From Bacillota bacterium (lineage in GTDB: Bacteria; Bacillota; Limnochordia; DTU087), in the NCBI GenBank assembly GCA_012799135.1, contig JAAZLW010000175.1:3075-67074 (forward strand): a stretch of DNA of 64,000 nucleotides, given 5' to 3'. A program made the position numbers and the translations under genes. How positions within the stretch are numbered: position 1 is the stretch's first letter; each line of letters begins with the position of its first letter. Below the pieces are notes generated by a model. That model made no database searches. It saw only the letters and a program-made list of their open reading frames with translations, and had not been told where the DNA came from. Of the stretch, positions 7,936 through 15,632 are shown piece after piece.

Positions 7936-10251
7936 CTAGAACAGCACCAGATTGCTGCCGAGTTCCGATTGCATTCTCACCAGGCGGGCAAATAATCCAT
8001 CCATAGCCATTAGCTCTTCATGGGTCCCTTCCTCTGCAATAACGCCTTTGTCCAAAACCAAAATCCGATCAGCATTCCTCAGGGTGGAGAGACGGTGGGC
8101 AATGGCAATGGTCGTTCTGTCTTCCACCAGCCGCTCGATAGCCTCTTGAATAAGCTTTTCGGTTTCAGTATCTACTGCGGAGGTAGCCTCATCGAGGATC
8201 AGAATGCGAGGGTTTTTCAAGATAGCACGGGCAATGGCGATTCGCTGCTTCTGGCCCCCCGAAAGCCGGAGACCCCGTTCCCCGGTATGTGTATCATACT
8301 TATCAGCAAAACCCATGATAAAGTCATGAGCATTGGCGGCCTGTGCTGCGCGAATAATGGCTTCCCGAGAGGCCTGGGGCACACCATAGGCAATGTTGTC
8401 GGCTATAGTACCGTGGAACAGCAATGGTTCCTGTAATACCACCCCGATCTGGCTTCTTAGAAAGCGTACATCCAGCTCCCTCACGTCATAGCCATCGATC
8501 GTGATTTTCCCCGCTGTCGGCTCATATAAGCGGGGTATTAGGTTGGCCATGGTAGTCTTACCTGAACCACTGGCACCCACCAAACCGATCATTTCTCCCG
8601 ATTTGATTTTGACATCGATTCCGGTAAGCACCTGCTCGGAATTGTCATAGGAGAAGTGGACATCGCAAAACTCGATAGCCCCCTGCAATGCTTTCGGTCT
8701 AATTGGCCTGCCATCATCACCCTTGTGGCTCTCCGGCTCAGTATCTAAGACCTCAAAGATCCGCTCTGCCGCCGTAGCCGCCTGTTGCACAACATCACTG
8801 AAAGCACTCAGGTTTCTCAACGGATTATAGAACTGGTTGAGATAGTATAAAAAGGCAACCAGATCCCCCACGGTGAGCCCACTACCACTAATCACCAGAT
8901 AGCCACCATAGCCCCAGATAATCAAGGTTCCCAGGGAAGTGGCAAAAGTAAGGAAGGGCATGAATACTCCCCGCAGACGGGCAGCCTCTAGGTGACGTTC
9001 AAGGAGCTGATCACTCCTTTGGTCAAATTTACCGACCTCCCGGGGCTCCTGAACAAAGGATTTTACTACCTGAATGCCCGGGATCGCATCTGCCAAGACC
9101 GAATTCATCAAAGCACGGCGCACCCAGATTCGGCGGTATGTGCCATGGATTCTCTTGGAAAATACCCTGGTCCCGATCACAATCAACGGCATCGGAACAA
9201 GGGTCATGGCGGCCAGGCGCCAATCATATCGAAAGAGTATTATCCCTACCCCGATACACATGACTACTTCATAGAGTAGATTCTGAGCACTCTGGACGAT
9301 GAAATTCTGCAATGTCTGAGTATCGTTAGTCACTCGAGACATGAGTGCTCCTGTTCGCACCGAATCGTAGAACTCCATTCGCAAATACTGAAGATGCTCG
9401 AAAACATCACTCCGCATGTCCCGGACAATGCTCTGACCCAACCAGGTAATCAGATAAGTCCTAGTACCAGAAAATACCGCGTTGAACAAATGAGCCAATC
9501 CCAGTAGGATGACCATCAGGCGCAAACGGACTAGATCATGTTCCATGAGCACCTCATCTACCAGTTTGCCGGTCAAATAGGGCTGTATCATGGAGAGGGC
9601 ACCATTGCCAATCAAGAGCAGAGTAGATGCTACCGCAGCAAGATAGTAAGGCTTCAGATACTGGAAGATGCGGCGGATCAGCTTTCGTTTCTCCAGACAA
9701 TGCATACATACCTGTCGACGCATGACGCGGCCACACTGGGGGCAGCGATTGCTTTCCCGTTCTAGCCGCCGCCTTAGCATCAATCGCGTCCGATCGGTGG
9801 CCCGACTGAAGTGTGGCACTGACTCCATATCAGAGATAATATCCTCCATTGCCTCGACAGCAGCTTCCACTTCCATAGAGCATTTGCGGGAAAATCTGGC
9901 AATACCGACTCTAGCGTCTTCGGTCAGTACATGGATGAACCCATTGCCCACTTGGTGAGTGACTTCTATGGAGCGGAGACTGCCTAGACAAATTTCCCTT
10001 GCCAGACTGTTATCACCGGTAGGCAAATTGATCATGCGATGGCTAGTTAAGACTACCCAAACAGGAGCATAACTACCATCGAGGGTCATGTCTACCAGAA
10101 AAGCATAGAGAATCTCTTCCCCCGGCACCAAGACAAATCTGAGTGCACTTTGGGCCTCTTCTCTGAGTCGAGTCTGGCCCTGCCGGTTGGTAAGATAAAT
10201 ATCCGAGAGCTTATGTACGGCCAAACTGACGGCTCCCTCCTGTTTTGTCAA
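7936..10251 (-). CDS. ABC exporter (fused TMD-NBD, MsbA-like) with a ~190-aa N-terminal cytoplasmic extension containing a Cys4 zinc ribbon
   Basis: Walker A GASGSGKTT, signature LSGGQKQR, Walker B ILILDEATSA. Six-TM region. N-terminal CPQC-x8-CMHC. Confidence 0.85.
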   Translation of the reverse strand: MTKQEGAVSLAVHKLSDIYLTNRQGQTRLREEAQSALRFVLVPGEEILYAFLVDMTLDGSYAPVWVVLTSHRMINLPTGDNSLAREICLGSLRSIEVTHQVGNGFIHVLTEDARVGIARFSRKCSMEVEAAVEAMEDIISDMESVPHFSRATDRTRLMLRRRLERESNRCPQCGRVMRRQVCMHCLEKRKLIRRIFQYLKPYYLAAVASTLLLIGNGALSMIQPYLTGKLVDEVLMEHDLVRLRLMVILLGLAHLFNAVFSGTRTYLITWLGQSIVRDMRSDVFEHLQYLRMEFYDSVRTGALMSRVTNDTQTLQNFIVQSAQNLLYEVVMCIGVGIILFRYDWRLAAMTLVPMPLIVIGTRVFSKRIHGTYRRIWVRRALMNSVLADAIPGIQVVKSFVQEPREVGKFDQRSDQLLERHLEAARLRGVFMPFLTFATSLGTLIIWGYGGYLVISGSGLTVGDLVAFLYYLNQFYNPLRNLSAFSDVVQQAATAAERIFEVLDTEPESHKGDDGRPIRPKALQGAIEFCDVHFSYDNSEQVLTGIDVKIKSGEMIGLVGASGSGKTTMANLIPRLYEPTAGKITIDGYDVRELDVRFLRSQIGVVLQEPLLFHGTIADNIAYGVPQASREAIIRAAQAANAHDFIMGFADKYDTHTGERGLRLSGGQKQRIAIARAILKNPRILILDEATSAVDTETEKLIQEAIERLVEDRTTIAIAHRLSTLRNADRILVLDKGVIAEEGTHEELMAMDGLFARLVRMQSELGSNLVLF

Positions 10252-10310
10252 ACCAAACCCCTCGAAAAAGTTAACACACCTGTGCTTCCAATATGACTAT
10301 TGGCAAACAC

Positions 10311-10853
10311 CTAGGCTCTGCATTTCGTTGCTGGAGGTGGGTCTACGGCATGGTAGGCAAAATAAGCAGCTCCGACTCCAATAAATAGATCGCCGATACT
10401 AAACACATTCGCAATAACCGGTAGAGGTAGCAAAAACACGTCTCCCAGCCACCAAAGGGGAGTGCCAGGTTTAATCAAGGTTGAGTTGTTCAGGATACCA
10501 TCTTCAGCTATACCCAGCCAGGCTAAATGCCTTGCTAAGGTAGGCATGTACCCACCATTAGCCCAGATCACGGCTAAGTTACTAACAAGCCCCATCCCCA
10601 TCAAGCAGAACCCGGGAGTTCGCAGATTGGCCACCATGAAGATCATAAGCAAGAGATATGAGATGATATGGAGCGTCGCTGATTCCAAAGATATCCACTG
10701 AATATCCAAAGACGAGAAGGCCACTATCTGTAACAGAAGTGCCAATAAGACCAGTCCCGGCCAACGCAGCCGGTGATTAGCCAAGGAGCGCAGATGACCG
10801 CCTCGAATGATTCCCCAACTAAACCCCGATATTAGAAATAGAAGCAAAAACAC
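10311..10853 (-). CDS. Polytopic membrane protein, DUF5317-like
   Basis: 180-aa hydrophobic ORF starting 19 nt after the HD-GYP stop. Family name is from memory of the HD-GYP-adjacent DUF5317 proteins of Clostridia. Confidence 0.5.
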   Translation of the reverse strand: MFLLLFLISGFSWGIIRGGHLRSLANHRLRWPGLVLLALLLQIVAFSSLDIQWISLESATLHIISYLLLMIFMVANLRTPGFCLMGMGLVSNLAVIWANGGYMPTLARHLAWLGIAEDGILNNSTLIKPGTPLWWLGDVFLLPLPVIANVFSIGDLFIGVGAAYFAYHAVDPPPATKCRA

Positions 10854-10872
10854 CTTCTCTCACATCCTAATG

Positions 10873-12165
10873 TTACTCCTCGGTGGCAGCAACTTCCCTT
10901 CTGTCAGTGACCAGCGCTCCGTCTTCGGTGTCGACCCATGCTAGGAATGCTTCCACTACCGTAGGATCGAACTGGGTCCCAGCGCCTTCTCGTAGGCGAC
11001 GCAATGCCTCTTGTTTGGACAAGGCCCGGCGATAAGGCCGATCTGAAGTCATCGCATCATACGCATCAGCCACTGCCAAGATCCGGGCTCCCAGCGGGAT
11101 ATTCTCCCGATCAAGTCCATCAGGATATCCCGAACCATCCACCCACTCGTGATGGTGCCGAATTAATGGTACACCTTTTTGGTAACTAGTCAACCCTTCC
11201 ACGATCCGAGCCCCAGTCACAGGATGTTCCCTAACTCTTTCCATTTCTTCAGAAGTCAGACGACCCGGTTTGAAAAGGATGTCATCTCTCCACGTGACTT
11301 TGCCCAAGTCGTGAATTCTGGCAGTTGATTGAACCAATAAGCATTCTTGCTCCGAAAGACCCATTTGTCGGGTAATGGCAGTAGCATACTCTGCCACCCG
11401 TCTGGAATGTTCCGCAGTATAGGGATCTCTACGGTCAATAATATCTGCTAAGGTCTCCAAGACTACCTTTGCCTGTTGACGCACGAGAACACTATTTCGA
11501 AAGGAAACATAGACAATCATCATAGGCAGGCAGAAAAGGAAAAGGGCCGGTGCATCATGGGTGTAGACAAGGGCCACCAACATACCAATAGGATAGAGAG
11601 CCATATCATGGAGCAACATTTCTCGATTGCCCTGTAACCATACCTCAATGGGGCGATATCCCTGGACGAGAGCGATGACGGTGCAGGTTAGGAAACTATT
11701 GGTCAAGAGGAACGTGAACCCGGCGATTAGGCCCCAAAAAGCATGGGTCTGAAAGGAAAACGGCCCTCCTGGTCCCAGGCTGTAGACCTTCGATGACAAA
11801 GTAGCAGCAACAGCTAGTTGAGCTGTATTAAACAAGACCCGTATGCGGGGGACTCTACCCAAGATATCGCTAACTCCTGCAGCAATTGCTGCCAAGAGTA
11901 TGGCAACCTGGGGTGGAAACAGGATCACAGCAGCAAAGTCAAGGGCTGCAGCTACGGAGACTGTCCCTTCTTCGGATAAACGTACAGGATATAGCTCAGC
12001 AATCAGAGCACAGATCCCGACTACGATGGGCCCCAGCAAAGGAATCGGCTGGAAGGTAGTAAGAGCCCAGGCTATACTGACTGCTCCGGCCAGTACTGTG
12101 GAAAAGATAAAAATCCTGGCAAGCGGTGGCATTTCTTGAGACACTGCTGTCGCTCCCAAGCACAA
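10873..12165 (-). CDS. Membrane-anchored HD-GYP domain protein (second paralog)
   Basis: Multi-TM N-terminal half. HDLGK and HHHEWVDGSGYP motifs. The true start may be the internal GTG/ATG around 12132-12144. Confidence 0.85.
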   Translation of the reverse strand: MCLGATAVSQEMPPLARIFIFSTVLAGAVSIAWALTTFQPIPLLGPIVVGICALIAELYPVRLSEEGTVSVAAALDFAAVILFPPQVAILLAAIAAGVSDILGRVPRIRVLFNTAQLAVAATLSSKVYSLGPGGPFSFQTHAFWGLIAGFTFLLTNSFLTCTVIALVQGYRPIEVWLQGNREMLLHDMALYPIGMLVALVYTHDAPALFLFCLPMMIVYVSFRNSVLVRQQAKVVLETLADIIDRRDPYTAEHSRRVAEYATAITRQMGLSEQECLLVQSTARIHDLGKVTWRDDILFKPGRLTSEEMERVREHPVTGARIVEGLTSYQKGVPLIRHHHEWVDGSGYPDGLDRENIPLGARILAVADAYDAMTSDRPYRRALSKQEALRRLREGAGTQFDPTVVEAFLAWVDTEDGALVTDRREVAATEE

Positions 12166-12169
12166 GGTA

Positions 12170-12202
12170 TGCCGAAGCCCGGCAGTTTACTGGACTTCGG
12201 CA
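12170..12202 (-). promoter_or_regulatory. Stable hairpin between the mini-ORF and the HD-GYP gene
   Basis: TGCCGAAG...CTTCGGCA 8-bp stem read directly. No U-tract follows. Confidence 0.3.
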
Positions 12203-12219
12203 CGCGGCAATCACTAGTC

Positions 12220-12300
12220 CTAACGCCACTTATGGGTGGCACCAGAAGCGATTACGAACGATGCGATCACGGTTATGTAATATAGAATTCGCCACTTCAT
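12220..12300 (-). CDS. Unannotated 26-codon mini-ORF encoding a hydrophobic micropeptide (MKWRILYYITVIASFVIASGATHKWR)
   Basis: RBS GGGGAGGTG (complement of 12308-12316), 7 nt before the ATG. Same n-region, hydrophobic core and basic tail as the 3785 mini-ORF. Lies directly upstream of the second HD-GYP gene. Confidence 0.45.
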   Translation of the reverse strand: MKWRILYYITVIASFVIASGATHKWR

Positions 12301-12380
12301 GGGTTCTCACCTCCCCTAACAGCGATCTTTCCTAGACCCATCGCCGGTAAATCCTATACACATTTTTCGCTATTATCAAG

Positions 12381-12404
12381 ACAAACCCTTCTGAAGGCAG
12401 AAGG
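12381..12404 (-). terminator. Second intrinsic terminator-like hairpin downstream of tRNA-fMet
   Basis: Minus strand: CCTTCTG-cctt-CAGAAGG followed by GTTTGTCTTG. Confidence 0.45.
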
Positions 12405-12427
12405 CCTGGACTAAAGAACCACAATAT

Positions 12428-12455
12428 ACAAAAACCGCAGATATGATACCTGCGG
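12428..12455 (-). terminator. Intrinsic terminator of tRNA-fMet
   Basis: Minus strand: CCGCAG-gtatcatat-CTGCGG followed by TTTTTG, beginning 8 nt after the tRNA 3' end. Confidence 0.6.
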
Positions 12456-12462
12456 GGAAAAA

Positions 12463-12539
<77 letters not shown>

Positions 12540-12588
12540 ACGACTAAAGCAATATGAGTAATACTGATATGACTTGCTGTCCTTGTAC

Positions 12589-12616
12589 ATTATACTACAC
12601 CAACCACACTTGTCAA
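12589..12616 (-). promoter_or_regulatory. Sigma-A type promoter for tRNA-fMet
   Basis: Minus strand: TTGACA-N16-TATAAT, about 50 nt upstream of the tRNA 5' end. Confidence 0.6.
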
Positions 12617-12749
12617 ATCCAACTCAGGTGCAACAGGTGCAGAGCTATGGAGATTGCACCATCTCTACAGGTAGTTTCCGCTTCTTCTCCAACTACACCC
12701 AACATCTCACACTTCTGCCGTTTGCATTGGCTGTACCCAACCTATGCTA

Positions 12750-12779
12750 GCATATTGACCACTTCCAGGCCGCAAACTA
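12750..12779 (+). promoter_or_regulatory. Sigma-G type forespore promoter of the SASP gene
   Basis: GCATA-N18-CAAACTA matches the GHATR-N17/18-CAHWHTA consensus. Lies 30 nt upstream of the ATG and RBS AGGAGGTG. Confidence 0.7.
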
Positions 12780-12808
12780 TGAATAGTCATCAACAGGAGG
12801 TGACATAA

Positions 12809-13105
12809 ATGGGCACAGGCCAAAAAACCAACACACCGATTAATGTTAATGCAATGAAAGCACTAGACCAGCTCAAATACGAAACCGCAAATGAGCTCGG
12901 TATTCAGGTCCCACCAACTGACTACTGGGGTGATTTGCCTTCACGCCAGTGTGGCGCAGTCGGTGGCAACATGGTCCGCAAGATGATTGCTGCTGCCGAG
13001 CAGTCCCTCATCGAGCAGACCGTAGCCGGGGTTCGCCAGGGCTTTGCGCAGGGGCTATCAACAACGACCAATCCTAGCACGGTGAATATTCCCCCTGCCA
13101 AGTAA
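12809..13105 (+). CDS. Alpha/beta-type small acid-soluble spore protein with an extended C-terminal tail
   Basis: KYETANELGI...GAVGGNMVRKMIAAAEQ, canonical SASP conserved blocks. 98 aa, versus roughly 60-75 typical. Confidence 0.9.
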   Translation: MGTGQKTNTPINVNAMKALDQLKYETANELGIQVPPTDYWGDLPSRQCGAVGGNMVRKMIAAAEQSLIEQTVAGVRQGFAQGLSTTTNPSTVNIPPAK

Positions 13106-13148
13106 CATAGCCCTCGTCTAGGGTTCAACATGGTAAACGGTTATGCCC

Positions 13149-13172
13149 GGGCGGGCTGTCCAGGGCCCGCCC
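13149..13172. terminator. GC-rich hairpin between convergent genes (SASP and AraC regulator)
   Basis: GGGCGGGC-tgtccagg-GCCCGCCC. No clean U-tract on either strand. Confidence 0.4.
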
Positions 13173-13231
13173 ATCTCGGAAATCGCTCAGCCCATGAAGG
13201 TGACGAGCTCGGTGCTTCCCCAAATCTTAGT

Positions 13232-14512
13232 TTACTGCCTGAATTGAGTAGGTGTCCGTCCCTCCATTTTCTTGAATACCTTGGTAAAGTAGCTAGGATC
13301 CTGGTAGCCTACAGAGAGAGCGATCTCCGATATTGTTTGGTTTGTTTCCAGGAGCAACCGCTTTGCCTCGTCTATCCTTGTTCTCGTTACATATTCGATG
13401 AAATTCAACCCCAACTCTTCCTTGAATAACCTGGAGACGTAATAAGGGCTAAAATGTACGGCTTTGGCTACATCATCCAATGTAAGCTCTTCCCTAAAAT
13501 GTGCCTTAATATAACTGACTGCTTGGCGTATTACCGGCAGATTACGGGTCTCCCGGGTAGCATACACCTCATCTATAAAGGCATCCAACACTTTGACAAT
13601 CCAGGCACAGATCTCCTCAATCGGTTCAATATCAGCTAATTCTTGCACATAGGCGAAGTTCAAGCCCAGCAACCGCTGCAGACTGCCACCACCCTCTACC
13701 GCGGCTCGGGACAAAACAACACTTAGCTCCAAGAGTCTGGCTTTCAAGACTTCCGGCCGCCCCGCAGAGTTGAACAGGATATCTCCCAACAGCTGATTGA
13801 GTATTTCCTTCGCCCCAGACCGATCCCCCAAACGCACCATTCCCAGCAATTGCCTTTCCTTGTCTAGCGGGTATAGGCTCCTGCCGGAACCCGTCAACTG
13901 CTGATCGAGGGACTGCTTTTTTTCGATAATGCTTTCCGCTAGACGGGCCTGCTGGTAACTGACCCTTCGGTGTTGGATCAAGGGCATGTCTTCCTGGATG
14001 CTTAAATAAGCCGCCACGGCAAATAACAGATCTGAAGCTGCCTGCACCTGTTTTGTACCCATGGTACGTAAGCTCGTTGCAGCATTGATCAAAGAGTGGG
14101 GAGCTATGCCACAAGCACCGGCCAACCGGGTCAACTCTCTCCTGGCCAGATCGTCCATCTCCCACATGAGTACCTGGCCCGCCACCAGCCCACCTAGATA
14201 CTGATCCGAAGAAACAAGTGGCGATGCCCAGATTATCAATCCTGCAGGGCATCTATGCACATATCCCTCACCCAAGATCACCGCTTGCTTGCCTATATGG
14301 GACAAACATGACTGGCACAGCTCCTGCCCGGAGTCAGCCTGTTGAATCAAGCTACAGACCAGGGTAGGCGGGTGGAAGGAGGTGAGCAGTATTTCCCCCT
14401 CCGTATCAAAAGCAGCAACGTAGACCTCACAGGTAAGGGCATAGGCATCGAGTAGCCGCTTCATTTCATCGAGATTGACTTTCTGAGCCATCAAATCAGT
14501 AGACATCGTCAT
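13232..14512 (-). CDS. AraC-family transcriptional regulator with an N-terminal PocR-like sensory domain
   Basis: C-terminal dual HTH (SPYYVSRLFKEELG...GYQDPSYFTKVFKK). N-terminal Cys-containing PocR-like region (CQSC...HRCPAGL). Confidence 0.75.
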   Translation of the reverse strand: MTMSTDLMAQKVNLDEMKRLLDAYALTCEVYVAAFDTEGEILLTSFHPPTLVCSLIQQADSGQELCQSCLSHIGKQAVILGEGYVHRCPAGLIIWASPLVSSDQYLGGLVAGQVLMWEMDDLARRELTRLAGACGIAPHSLINAATSLRTMGTKQVQAASDLLFAVAAYLSIQEDMPLIQHRRVSYQQARLAESIIEKKQSLDQQLTGSGRSLYPLDKERQLLGMVRLGDRSGAKEILNQLLGDILFNSAGRPEVLKARLLELSVVLSRAAVEGGGSLQRLLGLNFAYVQELADIEPIEEICAWIVKVLDAFIDEVYATRETRNLPVIRQAVSYIKAHFREELTLDDVAKAVHFSPYYVSRLFKEELGLNFIEYVTRTRIDEAKRLLLETNQTISEIALSVGYQDPSYFTKVFKKMEGRTPTQFRQ

Positions 14513-14693
14513 AACGACGCTGCACGCGCCGCAGAATGTTCATCTGGGTACGGGTAAGCTGTTCACACTCACCCAAGGCGTTAATCAGATCTATCTGTTT
14601 CTTCGGATCTAGTTCTTCAATAGTGTCTAACACGAGCTGGAGTTGAAGCGAATAGTATTCCAAGAGCCGCCAGATCAGATCCCGCGGTTGCAA
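14496..14693 (-). CDS. Small hypothetical protein (65 aa), overlapping the regulator start
   Basis: TTG start with an upstream AAAGGGTGGGG RBS-like element. 17-nt overlap with the AraC gene. Predicted helical. No family recognised. Confidence 0.35.
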   Translation of the reverse strand: MQPRDLIWRLLEYYSLQLQLVLDTIEELDPKKQIDLINALGECEQLTRTQMNILRRVQRRYDDVY

Positions 14694-14727
14694 CTGACCC
14701 CACCCTTTCTAGTTCATCTCTTAAGTC

Positions 14728-15270
14728 CTAGATTACACCTTCTAGTTGCAGTAAGCGTCGCTTTATGTCTAATCCCCCTGTATAACCACCTAACCCATCT
14801 GTGGCCACGACTCTATGACAGGGAACTATTATGGGAATCGGATTTTGACTGTTGGCCTGCCCAATAGCACGTGCGAGACTCCGGCTGCCCAAAATTGCAC
14901 CTATGTCGCCATATGTCCTGACTTGTCCCCGAGGGATGGTAAGCAATGCCTGCCACACCCTTACCTGAAATTCGGTGCCAAACAGCTGTGTAGAGAAATC
15001 AAACTGCCTCCGGGTTCCACTTAGGTACTCACTTAGCTCGAACCAGACTTTCTCAGTAAATTCAGTAGCTTTAGGAATAAGAGACAAACCCCACTTGTCG
15101 GCGAATTGCTCTAACGTCATAGGCATAGCATGCGTATTACTCAGGGAAGCGGGGAAGGGATTTCGCGAAGGTAGTTGCAGGAAAGCCACTTTGTTATCAA
15201 CTACACCCACCCAAAAAGTCCCCCAACCCGGTACTTCACGGCGGTCAGCATACATGAGCATGGGTTTCAC
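14728..15270 (-). CDS. ogt: Methylated-DNA--protein-cysteine methyltransferase
   Basis: Active-site PCHRVV and the downstream GGY..G motif. Confidence 0.9.
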   Translation of the reverse strand: MKPMLMYADRREVPGWGTFWVGVVDNKVAFLQLPSRNPFPASLSNTHAMPMTLEQFADKWGLSLIPKATEFTEKVWFELSEYLSGTRRQFDFSTQLFGTEFQVRVWQALLTIPRGQVRTYGDIGAILGSRSLARAIGQANSQNPIPIIVPCHRVVATDGLGGYTGGLDIKRRLLQLEGVI

Positions 15271-15432
15271 CCCCGACTCTATTATCTTAGCCTACTCATC
15301 CGTCCCTTTCTTCAAACATGGCGGAATTCCCTGTCAACATGCCTTAAACGCCTGGAATCATAGCCTAGTGCCCCGAGCTGCCATTCTAAAATGTTAGCAG
15401 TCTGCAGACCCCAAATCAAAGCCATTCTAACA

Positions 15433-15462
15433 GCAAAACCGCCTCGAAATGCATCAAGGCGG
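15433..15462 (-). terminator. Intrinsic terminator of tRNA-Leu
   Basis: Minus strand: CCGCCT-tgatgcatttcg-AGGCGG followed by TTTTG, 4 nt after the tRNA 3' end. Confidence 0.6.
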
Positions 15463-15466
15463 CCTT

Positions 15467-15557
15467 TGGTGCCGGAGGCGGGACTCGAACCCGCACGACC
15501 TTATAAGAGATCAACAGATTTTAAGTCTGTCGCGTATGCCTGTTTCGCCACTCCGGC
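15467..15557 (-). tRNA. tRNA-Leu (anticodon TAA), long variable arm
   Basis: Reverse complement reads GCCGGAGTGGCGAA...GACTTAAAATC...GGGTTCGAGTCCCGCCTCCGGCACCA. Class II tRNA of 91 nt including the encoded CCA. Confidence 0.9.
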
Positions 15558-15570
15558 AGTTAGCGAGATA

Positions 15571-15599
15571 ATTATACATTACTTCTCGTTCCTGGTCAA
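15571..15599 (-). promoter_or_regulatory. Sigma-A type promoter for tRNA-Leu
   Basis: Minus strand: TTGACC-N17-TATAAT, about 14 nt upstream of the tRNA 5' end. Confidence 0.6.
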
Positions 15600-15632
15600 T
15601 GCCACGCAACCACCGTGTTCACCGGACGTATG

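Noticed and set aside
6339-10251. Restriction-modification or other defence island around the methyltransferase
   Set aside because: There is no endonuclease, specificity subunit, helicase/nuclease, integrase or transposase ORF. The neighbours are an ABC exporter, DUF1854 and ribokinase. It is treated as a solitary MTase instead.
12554-12808. Cys-rich 84-aa ORF immediately upstream of the first SASP gene
   Set aside because: It has no RBS. It spans the tRNA-fMet promoter and the sigma-G promoter and RBS of the SASP gene, so the region is better explained as regulatory DNA.
13632-14252. 206-aa ORF in another frame inside the PocR/AraC gene. Similar long shadow ORFs occur at 22610-22942, 34804-35277, 38038-38478, 62086-62478 and 25729-26049.
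   Set aside because: They lie fully inside well-supported genes. Their composition is Gly/Arg/Pro/Ser-rich, typical of off-frame translation. They have no RBS and no recognisable motifs.
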